DNA of 58,922 nt from Bryobacteraceae bacterium (GTDB taxonomy: Bacteria > Acidobacteriota > Terriglobia > Bryobacterales > Bryobacteraceae). Under the pieces are notes generated by a model. It saw only the letters and a program-made list of their open reading frames with translations. It was not told the origin of the DNA and did no database searches. The translations under genes and the position numbers were made by a program. Location: positions 1-58,922 of the forward strand of contig JBARMQ010000462.1 in the NCBI GenBank assembly GCA_049802535.1, read 5' to 3'. Shown piece by piece: positions 19,888-28,493 of the stretch (position 1 is the first letter of the stretch; each line of letters opens with the position of its first letter).

Positions 19888-22356
19888 GTGACTTTGAAGG
19901 CCGAAGAATCTCGCAACACATGGATCTCGCGTTGGATGAGCGACGCCTCGCAGGACTTTCGTTACAGTGTCCGTACTCTTGGGCGCGACTTGGGGTTCAC
20001 CACCTTTGTTGTGCTCATTATCGCGCTGGGAATCGGCGCAAGCTCTACGGTCTTTAGTGTCTTGGATACGATTCTTATCCGGCCGCTCCCGTTTAAAGAT
20101 CCGGGAAGCCTGGTCTGGATCGCAAACGAAGTCAAGGAAGAAGGCGATTTGTCCGGCCAAACTGTTCAAGTGGGCCGGATGCAAGATCTGCGAAAGCGCA
20201 ATCGATCTTTCTCCGATATCGCAGGCTACTTCGCCTTCTACGGTGTCGGCGACAGCGTGCTCACGACTAGTGGTGAGCCCGAACGGTTAAGCACGGTCCC
20301 GGTCTCGCAAAACTTCTTCTCTTTGCTCGAGGTCCAACCATTGCTGGGCCGATATTTCAGCGCGGACGAATGCAAATTCAACGGAGCGGCCGCCGTGATG
20401 ATGAGCTATGGGCTGTGGGTGCGGCGTTTCGCTTCCGACCCCGGCATCATCGGTAAAATCGTTCGGATCAACGATCAAGACGTCACCGTGGTCGGAGTAT
20501 TGCCGCGCTCGTTTGATTTCGGGTCCATCTTTGCTCCCGGCTCGCATATCGACCTCTACTCTGCGTTCCCGCTAACGGCGGAGACGGACCGCTGGGGTAA
20601 TACTTTGGCGCTGGTAGGACGGCTGAAGCACGGCGTCTCCATCCAACAGGCGCAGGCGGAGGTGACTGTATTGGGCGATCATATTTCAGATGAGCATCCG
20701 AGGCAAAACTCGATCCATCCCAAACTCACATTTCTGCCGCAACACGTGATTGGAAAGCTGCGGCCCGCGCTCTTCACACTTGCTTGCGCGGTTGGCGTCG
20801 TCATGCTGATTGTGTGCGCCAATCTTTCAAATTTGCTGCTCGCCCGCACGGCCACCCGGCAACAGGAGATGGCGGTTCGTACGGCCATTGGCGCTGGACG
20901 GTATCGTCTCATTCGCCAATTGTTGACGGAAAGTCTTGTACTCACGTCCGGTGGCGCGGTGCTCGGTCTCGTATTGGCCGTTCTGGCAACTCGCGGGATC
21001 GCGCACCTCAGCGCGTTTAACATCCCGTTGCTGTCTAGCGTTCGTTTGAACCTTGTTGCGCTGGGCTTCACGTTGGCCGTGGCAGTCGCCGCCGGTTTGG
21101 TGTTAGGAATGGCGCCGGCCCTGCAGGTCTCAGCTCTTCCTTTGAGTGCTTCGCTTGCGCAACGCGGCGGCAGCGAATCGCGAGGCCAAATGTGGATGCG
21201 CGGCACACTGGTGGTCACGGAGATTGCCCTCGCCTGTATCCTGCTGGTGGGCGCCGGTCTGCTGATTCGCAGCTTTCTGCATGTGCTGGACGTGAATATG
21301 GGGTTTCGCCCCGAAAGCGCCGCAACCGTGCGCGTCGATCCGGATCGGCGCAACGCAAAACAAGCGCAGACCAACGCGTACTTCGATGAAGTTCTCCGTC
21401 GAGTTGGTTCTCTATCCGGAGTTCAGGCCGCCGGTATGACCGATGCATTACCGCTCGGGCACAATCGCACGTGGGGATCGCCGGCCAAGGGCCAAGTCTA
21501 CGTGAAACCGGAGGATTTCCCGGAAGCCTTCGTCCGCATCATCAGCGATGGCTACATCAAAGCCATGGGAATGAGCTTGCGAAAAGGCCGCGACTTCACC
21601 CAGCGGGATGTTCCTTCAAGTACTCAAGTGATCATTGTCAACCAAACCATGGCACGCAATCTCTGGCCCGGTCGAGATCCAATCGGTCAGGTGATCCAAG
21701 GCGATTGCGGCGCGGATCGCCAAGTCGTGGGTGTCGTCGCCGACGTCCGGCACATCGTGCTGGAGAAAGGCTCCGGCAACGAAATGTACATTCCGATTCG
21801 GCAGTGTCAGGATTACGGCAACGTCGACCTGGTGGTGCGCTCAACGCTGCCGTTCCCTGTCTTGGCTTCGAATGTAGAGGGCGCGCTCCGGCCCATTCTG
21901 CCTGAGCTGCCAAGAGGCAGTGTCCACCCCTTGACGGACCTTGTCGACAGAGCCGTCTCCCCGCGCCGATTTATCGTCCTCTTGCTGGGAGGATTCGCGG
22001 GCTTCGCGCTGCTGCTTGCCTCGCTCGGAATCTACGGAGTCATTTCCTATTCGGTGAACCGCAGGACGCAGGAAATTGGCATCCGCATGGCGCTCGGCGC
22101 TTCGACGGGAACCGTACAAAGCCGCATCATGACGCAAACGCTCGGGCTGGCGGCGCTCGGAATGCTGCTCGGCGCCGCCGCTTCACTTGCTTTATCCCGC
22201 GGCTTAAGCGGTCTTCTCTACGGAGTGACCTATGGCGATCCGTTTACCTTCTTCGCGACTTCGGCAATATTGCTCGCTGTCGCTGTCTTGGCCGGCTACT
22301 TGCCGGCCCGGAGGGCCTCGCGAATCGATCCGATGATCGCGCTACGAGTCAGTTAG
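19888..22356 (+). CDS. MacB/FtsX-type ABC permease, ADOP family
   Basis: Motifs QDFRYSVRTLGRDLGFTTFVVLIIALGIGASST and MLIVCANLSNLLLAR, a duplicated FtsX domain, and C-terminal YLPARRASRIDPMIALR. An alternative ATG start lies at 19936. Confidence 0.9.
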   Translation: MTLKAEESRNTWISRWMSDASQDFRYSVRTLGRDLGFTTFVVLIIALGIGASSTVFSVLDTILIRPLPFKDPGSLVWIANEVKEEGDLSGQTVQVGRMQDLRKRNRSFSDIAGYFAFYGVGDSVLTTSGEPERLSTVPVSQNFFSLLEVQPLLGRYFSADECKFNGAAAVMMSYGLWVRRFASDPGIIGKIVRINDQDVTVVGVLPRSFDFGSIFAPGSHIDLYSAFPLTAETDRWGNTLALVGRLKHGVSIQQAQAEVTVLGDHISDEHPRQNSIHPKLTFLPQHVIGKLRPALFTLACAVGVVMLIVCANLSNLLLARTATRQQEMAVRTAIGAGRYRLIRQLLTESLVLTSGGAVLGLVLAVLATRGIAHLSAFNIPLLSSVRLNLVALGFTLAVAVAAGLVLGMAPALQVSALPLSASLAQRGGSESRGQMWMRGTLVVTEIALACILLVGAGLLIRSFLHVLDVNMGFRPESAATVRVDPDRRNAKQAQTNAYFDEVLRRVGSLSGVQAAGMTDALPLGHNRTWGSPAKGQVYVKPEDFPEAFVRIISDGYIKAMGMSLRKGRDFTQRDVPSSTQVIIVNQTMARNLWPGRDPIGQVIQGDCGADRQVVGVVADVRHIVLEKGSGNEMYIPIRQCQDYGNVDLVVRSTLPFPVLASNVEGALRPILPELPRGSVHPLTDLVDRAVSPRRFIVLLLGGFAGFALLLASLGIYGVISYSVNRRTQEIGIRMALGASTGTVQSRIMTQTLGLAALGMLLGAAASLALSRGLSGLLYGVTYGDPFTFFATSAILLAVAVLAGYLPARRASRIDPMIALRVS

Positions 22357-22389
22357 CAGCTACAATGCGGCTATCTACAAGGAGGCACA

Positions 22390-22710
22390 TTGATTGCCAG
22401 AATTTGGCGCGGCTATACCAAGCCCGAATATGCTGACGCATACGAATCCTTGCTCAAGCCAGAGCTTCTTCCCGGTCTCAGCAAGGTGAAGGGATATCGC
22501 GGCAGTTATCTATTCCGCAACGACGCCGGCGACGAGGTCGAATTCATCACGATCATTCTCTGGGATTCTCTCGATTCCGTTCGCGCCGTCGCAGGGCCGG
22601 ATTACGAAACAGCGGTCATTCCCAAAGAGCGGCTGCAGTATCTATCTCGTTGGGATGCGAAGGCAGCGCACTTTGAAGTCGCGTCTATGCACATGCCGGT
22701 CGATTTGTAA
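22390..22710 (+). CDS. Antibiotic-biosynthesis-monooxygenase-like (ABM, dimeric alpha/beta barrel) protein
   Basis: A 106-aa protein: IARIWRGYTKPEYADAYESLL...GYRGSYLFRN...EFITIILWDSLDSVRAVAG. It uses a TTG start. Confidence 0.6.
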   Translation: MIARIWRGYTKPEYADAYESLLKPELLPGLSKVKGYRGSYLFRNDAGDEVEFITIILWDSLDSVRAVAGPDYETAVIPKERLQYLSRWDAKAAHFEVASMHMPVDL

Positions 22711-22720
22711 TCCGATAGCG

Positions 22721-22776
22721 CCAAAAAGAGAGCGGACCGCTCGGCTTGCTCTCGAAAAAGCCGAGCCGTCCGCTCT
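22721..22776 (-). terminator. Intrinsic terminator downstream of nrdJ
   Basis: A 19-bp stem (22729-22747 pairs with 22758-22776, one C:C mismatch) with a 10-nt loop. On the minus-strand transcript it is followed by CUUUUUGG. It lies between the convergent ABM gene and nrdJ. Confidence 0.75.
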
Positions 22777-22804
22777 TGCACTTCACGCCCACAGACCGCA
22801 ATTT

Positions 22805-25624
22805 CTACGAACAGCCGCTAGTGCCCCCGCAGTTTTCGCACTTATAGCAGGATCCGTTCCGTGTCATCATGCTCCCGCACTCGGAACACATCGGTGCGTC
22901 GCTCACCACATTAGCCTCGAAGGGAAGCGCCTGTTGCGGCTCCGGCTCCGTCGGCCGCAGCTTCGGAGTAATCACCGCCTCGCTCGCTTCCGTGATGCCC
23001 AGGAACCGCGCGCCTAACCACCGGAAAATGTAGTCGATAATCGATTTTGCATAGGGCACCTGCTGATTACCCGTCCAGCCGCTCGGCTCAAAGCGTACAT
23101 GGCTGAACTTGTCGACGAAAAACTTCAGCGGAACGCCATACTGCAGCCCGTAGCTAATCGACGTCGCCAGCGTATCCATCAAGCCGGAAATCGTCGACCC
23201 TTCCTTCGCCATGGAAATGAAAACTTCGCCCGGCGTGCCGTCTTCGTAGAGCCCTACGGTGATGTATCCTTCGTGGCCGCCAATCGAAAATTTGTGGGTA
23301 ACCGAGGCCCGCTCATCCGGCAGCTTGCGACGAATCGGCCGGTAAACCACCTTCTCCACGGTTTGCATAGCAGGAGTGGCGGCGGTTGCCTTCTTCTCGC
23401 CCTTACCCGTCCCGGAACTCAATGGCTGTACGCGCTTGGAATTGTCGCGGTAAATGGCCACTGCCTTGAGGCCGATTTTCCAGCTCTCCACATACGCATC
23501 CATCACTTCTTCGACGGTGCACTCTTCGGGCATGTTGATGGTCTTCGAAATGGCGCCCGAGATGAATGGCTGGACGGCAGCCATCATCCGCACATGGCCC
23601 ATATAGTGGATCGACCTCTTACCGTTTTGCGGCCGGAAACTGCAATCGAATACGGCCAAATGCTCCGGCTTGATGTGAGGAGCGCCTTCGATGGTGCCGC
23701 TCGAATCGATATGATTCACAATCTGGTTGACTTGCTCAGAGGAATAACCCAGCTTGATCAATGCCTGCGGCACAGTGTTATTCACGATCTTAATGACGCC
23801 GCCACCCACCAGCTTTTTGTATTTCACCAACGCCAGATCGGGCTCAATTCCGGTGGTATCGCAATCCATCATGAACCCGATCGTTCCTGTCGGCGCCAGT
23901 ACGGTGGTCTGTGCATTGCGGAATCCAACGCGCGAACCTAGTTCATAGCTGCTTCGCCAGCATTCTTCCGCAGCCTTAAACATCGCCGGCGACACGCGCT
24001 TGCTGTCGATCGAATTGACCGAATTCCAGTGCATCCGAATGACATCCAGGAACGGCTCTTCGTTCGCCTCATATCCCACACAGGGACCAACCGCTTCCGC
24101 GATTCGGGCACTGCTCAAATAGGCCTGCCCGCACATGATCGACGTAATCGCTGCTGCAAAATCTCTGCCGAGATCGCTGTCGTACGGCAGTCCCAGCGAC
24201 ATCAACATCGCGCCAAGATTTGCATACCCCAGGCCCAGTGGCCGGAAATCGTGCGAATTCTTTGCGATTCTTTCCGTCGGGTAGCTGGCGTTGCCGACCA
24301 GAATCTCCTGCGCCACAATGACCGTATCCACCGCGTGCCGGAACGCTTCGACATCAAACACGCCATCGGGGCCTACAAACTTCATCAGGTTCAAAGACGC
24401 CAAGTTGCAAGCCGAGTCGTCCAGGAACATGTATTCCGAACATGGATTCGAGGCATTGATCCGGGCCGTGTTCTTCGATGTATGCCAACGGTTAATCGTG
24501 GTATCGAACTGCATACCAGGGTCGCCGCACTGATAGGTGGCTTCCGCGATTTGACGCATCAGGTCGCGCGCCTTGTACCGGTTAATCGGTTGCCCGGTAA
24601 CCACTCCACGCGTCCACCAATCGCTGTCATCCGCTACCGCTTGCATGAACTCATCGCTAGCGCGCACCGAATTGTTGGCGTTCTGGAAGAAAATCGAGCT
24701 GTAGGCGTCTCCATCTAGCGACGCATCGTAGCCCGCGTCGATCAATGTGTGCGCCTTCTTTTCTTCCTTCGCCTTGCACCAAATGAATTTCTCTATGTCC
24801 GGGTGATCGCTATTCAGGATCACCATCTTCGCTGCGCGCCGCGTCTTGCCGCCCGACTTGATGACGCCTGCGAATGCATCGAAGCCCTTCATGAAGCTCA
24901 ATGGGCCGGAAGCCCGGCCGCCGCCCCACAAATGCGCGTCCTCTTCACGAATGCTCGATAAATTCGTTCCGGTTCCCGATCCCCACTTGAACAACATTCC
25001 TTCGGTCTTCGCCAAATCTAAAATCGATTCAAGAGAATCGTTCACCGAATTGATGAAGCACGCCGAACACTGCGGATGATTCTCGCCCGGCACCATTTTC
25101 CGGACGACCTGTTCGGCCTCATCGAAATAAAATCCATAGCCGCGCGATTCGCGAACGCCGACGTTGAACCAAACCGGCGAATTGAAACATGCCTTCTGCT
25201 TCAGCATCAGGTGCGCCAATTCCATCCGGAAATTCTCGCCGTCCTGCTTGGTCTTGAAGTAATTGCCTTCCAGTCCCCAATCGGCAATGGTGTCCACTAC
25301 GCGATGGATCAATTGCGCTACGCTGGTCTCGCGCTCCGGCGATCCCATTCGTCCATGGAAATACTTGCTGACGACAATGTTGGTCGCCGTTTGCGACCAA
25401 TCGGCCGGTGTCTCCACATCCCGCTGCTCGAATATGACCGAGCCTTTGTCATTCCCGATTGTCGCCGTCCGCAACTCCCAGGAAACCTCATCGTAGGGAG
25501 TCTTGCCAGACTCCAATTTCGAGGTGAAATAACGGGGGAATGACACTCCCGTACGCTCCTCTTTGGGAAGCGGCTGGTGATGTTCTTTGACCTTCAGGCC
25601 GACATTAACGCTCAGTAAACCCAT
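22805..25624 (-). CDS. nrdJ: Adenosylcobalamin-dependent ribonucleotide reductase (class II) with a C-terminal CxxC...CxxC zinc ribbon
   Basis: Motifs NPCSEYMFLDDSACNLASLNL, VLAPTGTIGFMMDCDTTGIEPD and GAISKTINMPE, with C-terminal CSECGSMMTRNGSCYKCENCG. The ATG at 25624 follows AGAAAGG; the track ORF starts 15 codons earlier. Confidence 0.95.
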   Translation of the reverse strand: MGLLSVNVGLKVKEHHQPLPKEERTGVSFPRYFTSKLESGKTPYDEVSWELRTATIGNDKGSVIFEQRDVETPADWSQTATNIVVSKYFHGRMGSPERETSVAQLIHRVVDTIADWGLEGNYFKTKQDGENFRMELAHLMLKQKACFNSPVWFNVGVRESRGYGFYFDEAEQVVRKMVPGENHPQCSACFINSVNDSLESILDLAKTEGMLFKWGSGTGTNLSSIREEDAHLWGGGRASGPLSFMKGFDAFAGVIKSGGKTRRAAKMVILNSDHPDIEKFIWCKAKEEKKAHTLIDAGYDASLDGDAYSSIFFQNANNSVRASDEFMQAVADDSDWWTRGVVTGQPINRYKARDLMRQIAEATYQCGDPGMQFDTTINRWHTSKNTARINASNPCSEYMFLDDSACNLASLNLMKFVGPDGVFDVEAFRHAVDTVIVAQEILVGNASYPTERIAKNSHDFRPLGLGYANLGAMLMSLGLPYDSDLGRDFAAAITSIMCGQAYLSSARIAEAVGPCVGYEANEEPFLDVIRMHWNSVNSIDSKRVSPAMFKAAEECWRSSYELGSRVGFRNAQTTVLAPTGTIGFMMDCDTTGIEPDLALVKYKKLVGGGVIKIVNNTVPQALIKLGYSSEQVNQIVNHIDSSGTIEGAPHIKPEHLAVFDCSFRPQNGKRSIHYMGHVRMMAAVQPFISGAISKTINMPEECTVEEVMDAYVESWKIGLKAVAIYRDNSKRVQPLSSGTGKGEKKATAATPAMQTVEKVVYRPIRRKLPDERASVTHKFSIGGHEGYITVGLYEDGTPGEVFISMAKEGSTISGLMDTLATSISYGLQYGVPLKFFVDKFSHVRFEPSGWTGNQQVPYAKSIIDYIFRWLGARFLGITEASEAVITPKLRPTEPEPQQALPFEANVVSDAPMCSECGSMMTRNGSCYKCENCGGTSGCS

Positions 25625-25700
25625 GCGGTGCCTTTCTCTGGGGAGGCGAAACGATTTGGGTTGACGCAAATTACATTTGTGTCAACCCTAAATACATATA

Positions 25701-25746
25701 CCGCTATATCTAGTGGCCGTCAATACTTTTAATCTATATCCTGTGG
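25701..25746 (-). promoter_or_regulatory. Two tandem NrdR-box-like operators upstream of nrdJ
   Basis: CCGCTATATCTAGTGG (25701-25716) and AATCTATATCCTGTGG (25731-25746) lie 30 bp centre to centre and 77-122 bp upstream of the nrdJ ATG. Each matches the NrdR consensus acaCwAtATaTwGtgt at about 11-12 of 16 positions, by my own count. Confidence 0.55.
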
Positions 25747-25932
25747 AAGATTTCCCTTGAAGCAACCTTAGGCACGCCTCTAATGATTGACCGTCTCCGG
25801 ACACTTCGTCTCAAAAACGCACCAGTGCGCCCGCTCTAAAAGACACGCTTCCGGCCGTATCTAACTGAATTTATTCCCTTCTTCTCAACCAGCCGATCCG
25901 GCGTCTAAAATGCATTCAGGCTTCATAGATCT

Positions 25933-28482
25933 ATGCAAAATTTTCTCGCCGATCTTCGGTACGCTGCGCGACAGTTTCGCCTCTCCCCCATTTTCAGCAT
26001 CACCGCTATTTTGACGCTCGCCCTGGGCATCGGCGGAACCACAGCGATCTTCTCTTTGATTCACACCATCATGTTGCGGTCGCTTCCGGTGGTCGATCCC
26101 GCCAGCCTTTACCGCATCGGGGACGGAACGGACTGCTGCGTCGAAGGCGGTCCCCAGGATCGTTGGGGCATGTTTACCTACCCGTTCTTCCAAGTCATCC
26201 AGGCCAACACCCCCGAGTTTGAACTGTTGACCGCATTTCAGGCCTCCGGAACCCAAATGAGCGTTCGCCGTCAGAGGACAGAACACATTGGCCGCACGGT
26301 CCGCTCCGAATTCGTCACCGGCAATTACTTCGAGACATTTGGAATTCGCGCCTTCGCCGGTCATGTCCTCTCGCCCTCCGATGACCACGCTTCCGCCCCG
26401 CCTGTTGCCGTCCTCAGCTACCACGCCTGGAAAGCCTTCTACGCTTCTGACCCATCTATCATTGGGTCCACCTTGATCGTTCAAGACCATCCCGTCACTG
26501 TAATCGGCATTTCGCCGCCCGGCTTCTATGGGGAGACGCTCCGCAGCGATCCGCCTGATCTGTGGATCCCGCTGCAACAGGAGCCGCTGATCGATGGTCA
26601 GAACTCGTTGCTTCATCAATCGATTTCTGCATGGCTCCGCGTCATCGGCCGCGCGCGTCCGGGTGCGAACATATCCTCCGTCGGCCCGCGACTCACCGCA
26701 ATCCTGCGCCGCTGGTTGAAAGATAATGCCGGCTTCCCGTCTGCTTGGATACCGGAAATCGTCCGGTTGCTGCCGCGCCAGAACATCACCGTTGTCCCAG
26801 CCGGTTCGGGTGTGGAGGCGATGCAAGAAGATTACGGCCGCAGCCTTGAAATTCTGCTGGCGGTCTGCGGTCTGGTCCTCTTGATTGCTTGTGCCAACGT
26901 TGCCAATCTCATGCTGGCGCGCGCTATGGCTCGCCGCAGTCAAACGTCCCTACGGATCGCCATCGGCGCCTCGCGCGGCCGTCTCATCAGCCAGTCACTC
27001 ACCGAAAGCCTATTCCTCTCGATTGCCGGATTTTTGGCTGGCCTTATCGTGGCTGACGCCGTGGGCAGGCTGCTGCTGAATCTGGTCTTTCACAGTGACC
27101 ATCTGCTTGCTCTCGATACCACGCCGTCCCTGCCGGTCCTCGCTTTTTCTCTCGGCATCGCCCTCTTTACGGCTTTGCTCTTTGGCGCCGCTCCGGCGTG
27201 GTTTGCCACTCGCACCGATCCGATTGAAGCTCTTCGCGGCGTCAATCGTAGCACTCGCGATCGCTCATCCTTTTCTCGCCAGGCTCTCCTTGTGCTGCAA
27301 GCGACGCTCTCGGTTGTTCTGGTCGCGGGGGCTGCCATGCTGACTCGCAGCCTGTTTAACCTCCAAGATCAAAAATTCGGATTTGAGATGGCCCACCGCA
27401 TCGAAGTCAATCTCAATTCGCCGCCAGCGACTTATTCCGTCGACCGGCTGAACGCCCTCTACCAGAACCTGGAGCGCAGCCTATTACAGATTCCCGGTGT
27501 CCAACAAGCCGGCCTTGCCATGTACAATCCGCTCACAGATAATTGGGGCGAACAGATCGTCGTCGACGGCCATCCCACGCCAACCTTTACCGACAATTCC
27601 AATTCGTCGTGGGACCGCGTCAGCGTCGGCTACTTCAAGACTCTCGGTCAGCGTTTGCTGCGCGGCCGGGCATTCTCGGAATCGGATATCACCTCCAGCA
27701 CGCCTGTTGCGGTTGTCAATGAAACCTTTGTGCATCAGTTCTTCCCGCACGAAGATCCCATCGGGAAGCGCTTCGGCATGGACCTTCCGGAAAATGCGCG
27801 TACGTTTCAAGTTGTCGGCGTCGTCGGCGACGCAAAATACACTGAGCCGCAGCGCCCGGCTCGTCCCATGTTTTTCGTGCCTCTCCAGCAGAGCGTCCGC
27901 TACAGCAATCCCATAATGGACAGATTGGAGGGCTGGTCGCACTATATCCGCGGCGTGCTGATTGTTTCGACCCTCGATACCGGCGTTTTGGAGCCCATGC
28001 TCAAAAAGACACTTGCCGATACTGATCCGAATCTCACGATCATTGACGTTCGAACGCTCAAGCAACAGGTCGATCTCGATTTCGACCAACAGCGCGCAGT
28101 CGCCAGTCTCGCGGCACTCTTTGGCGGCATCGCCCTTCTGCTGGCCGCCATCGGACTCTACGGCGTCACCGCCTATGCCGTCGCGCAACGCACCAGTGAG
28201 ATCGGCGTTCGAATGGCACTTGGCGCGGACCGCTCCATCGTTGTCAATTTAGTTCTGAAATCTGCTTTCCGCAAGGTGCTTCTCGGCCTTTTGCTCGGAA
28301 TTCCGCTCTCCATCGGCGCTGGCCATCTCATCTCTTCCCAGCTTTACAACGTCGCCGGCTGGGATCCCATCGCTCTCGGCGCCGCCGTCGGCTCTCTCGC
28401 TATAGCCGCGTTCGTGGCCGCACTTATTCCCGCGGCTCGCGCTTCGTCCATCGACCCGATCCGCGCCCTTCGCATTGAATGA
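25933..28482 (+). CDS. MacB/FtsX-type ABC permease, ADOP family
   Basis: Motifs MQNFLADLRYAARQFRLSPIFSITAILTLALGIGGTTAIFS and LLIACANVANLMLAR, with C-terminal LIPAARASSIDPIRALR. Confidence 0.92.
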   Translation: MQNFLADLRYAARQFRLSPIFSITAILTLALGIGGTTAIFSLIHTIMLRSLPVVDPASLYRIGDGTDCCVEGGPQDRWGMFTYPFFQVIQANTPEFELLTAFQASGTQMSVRRQRTEHIGRTVRSEFVTGNYFETFGIRAFAGHVLSPSDDHASAPPVAVLSYHAWKAFYASDPSIIGSTLIVQDHPVTVIGISPPGFYGETLRSDPPDLWIPLQQEPLIDGQNSLLHQSISAWLRVIGRARPGANISSVGPRLTAILRRWLKDNAGFPSAWIPEIVRLLPRQNITVVPAGSGVEAMQEDYGRSLEILLAVCGLVLLIACANVANLMLARAMARRSQTSLRIAIGASRGRLISQSLTESLFLSIAGFLAGLIVADAVGRLLLNLVFHSDHLLALDTTPSLPVLAFSLGIALFTALLFGAAPAWFATRTDPIEALRGVNRSTRDRSSFSRQALLVLQATLSVVLVAGAAMLTRSLFNLQDQKFGFEMAHRIEVNLNSPPATYSVDRLNALYQNLERSLLQIPGVQQAGLAMYNPLTDNWGEQIVVDGHPTPTFTDNSNSSWDRVSVGYFKTLGQRLLRGRAFSESDITSSTPVAVVNETFVHQFFPHEDPIGKRFGMDLPENARTFQVVGVVGDAKYTEPQRPARPMFFVPLQQSVRYSNPIMDRLEGWSHYIRGVLIVSTLDTGVLEPMLKKTLADTDPNLTIIDVRTLKQQVDLDFDQQRAVASLAALFGGIALLLAAIGLYGVTAYAVAQRTSEIGVRMALGADRSIVVNLVLKSAFRKVLLGLLLGIPLSIGAGHLISSQLYNVAGWDPIALGAAVGSLAIAAFVAALIPAARASSIDPIRALRIE

Positions 28483-28493
28483 CGTCGTTCCGG

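Noticed and set aside
25885-26943. A 352-aa ORF antisense to the ADOP permease. Similar long antisense or shadow ORFs occur elsewhere: 52622..53650 (+), 23099..23941 (+), 7528..8280 (+), 15372..16079 (-), 20679..21374 (-), 10576..11052 (-).
   Set aside because: Each lies fully inside a gene with clear family motifs on the other strand. They are Arg/Ala/Pro/Gly-rich, as expected for GC-rich shadow frames, and I recognised no motif in any of them.
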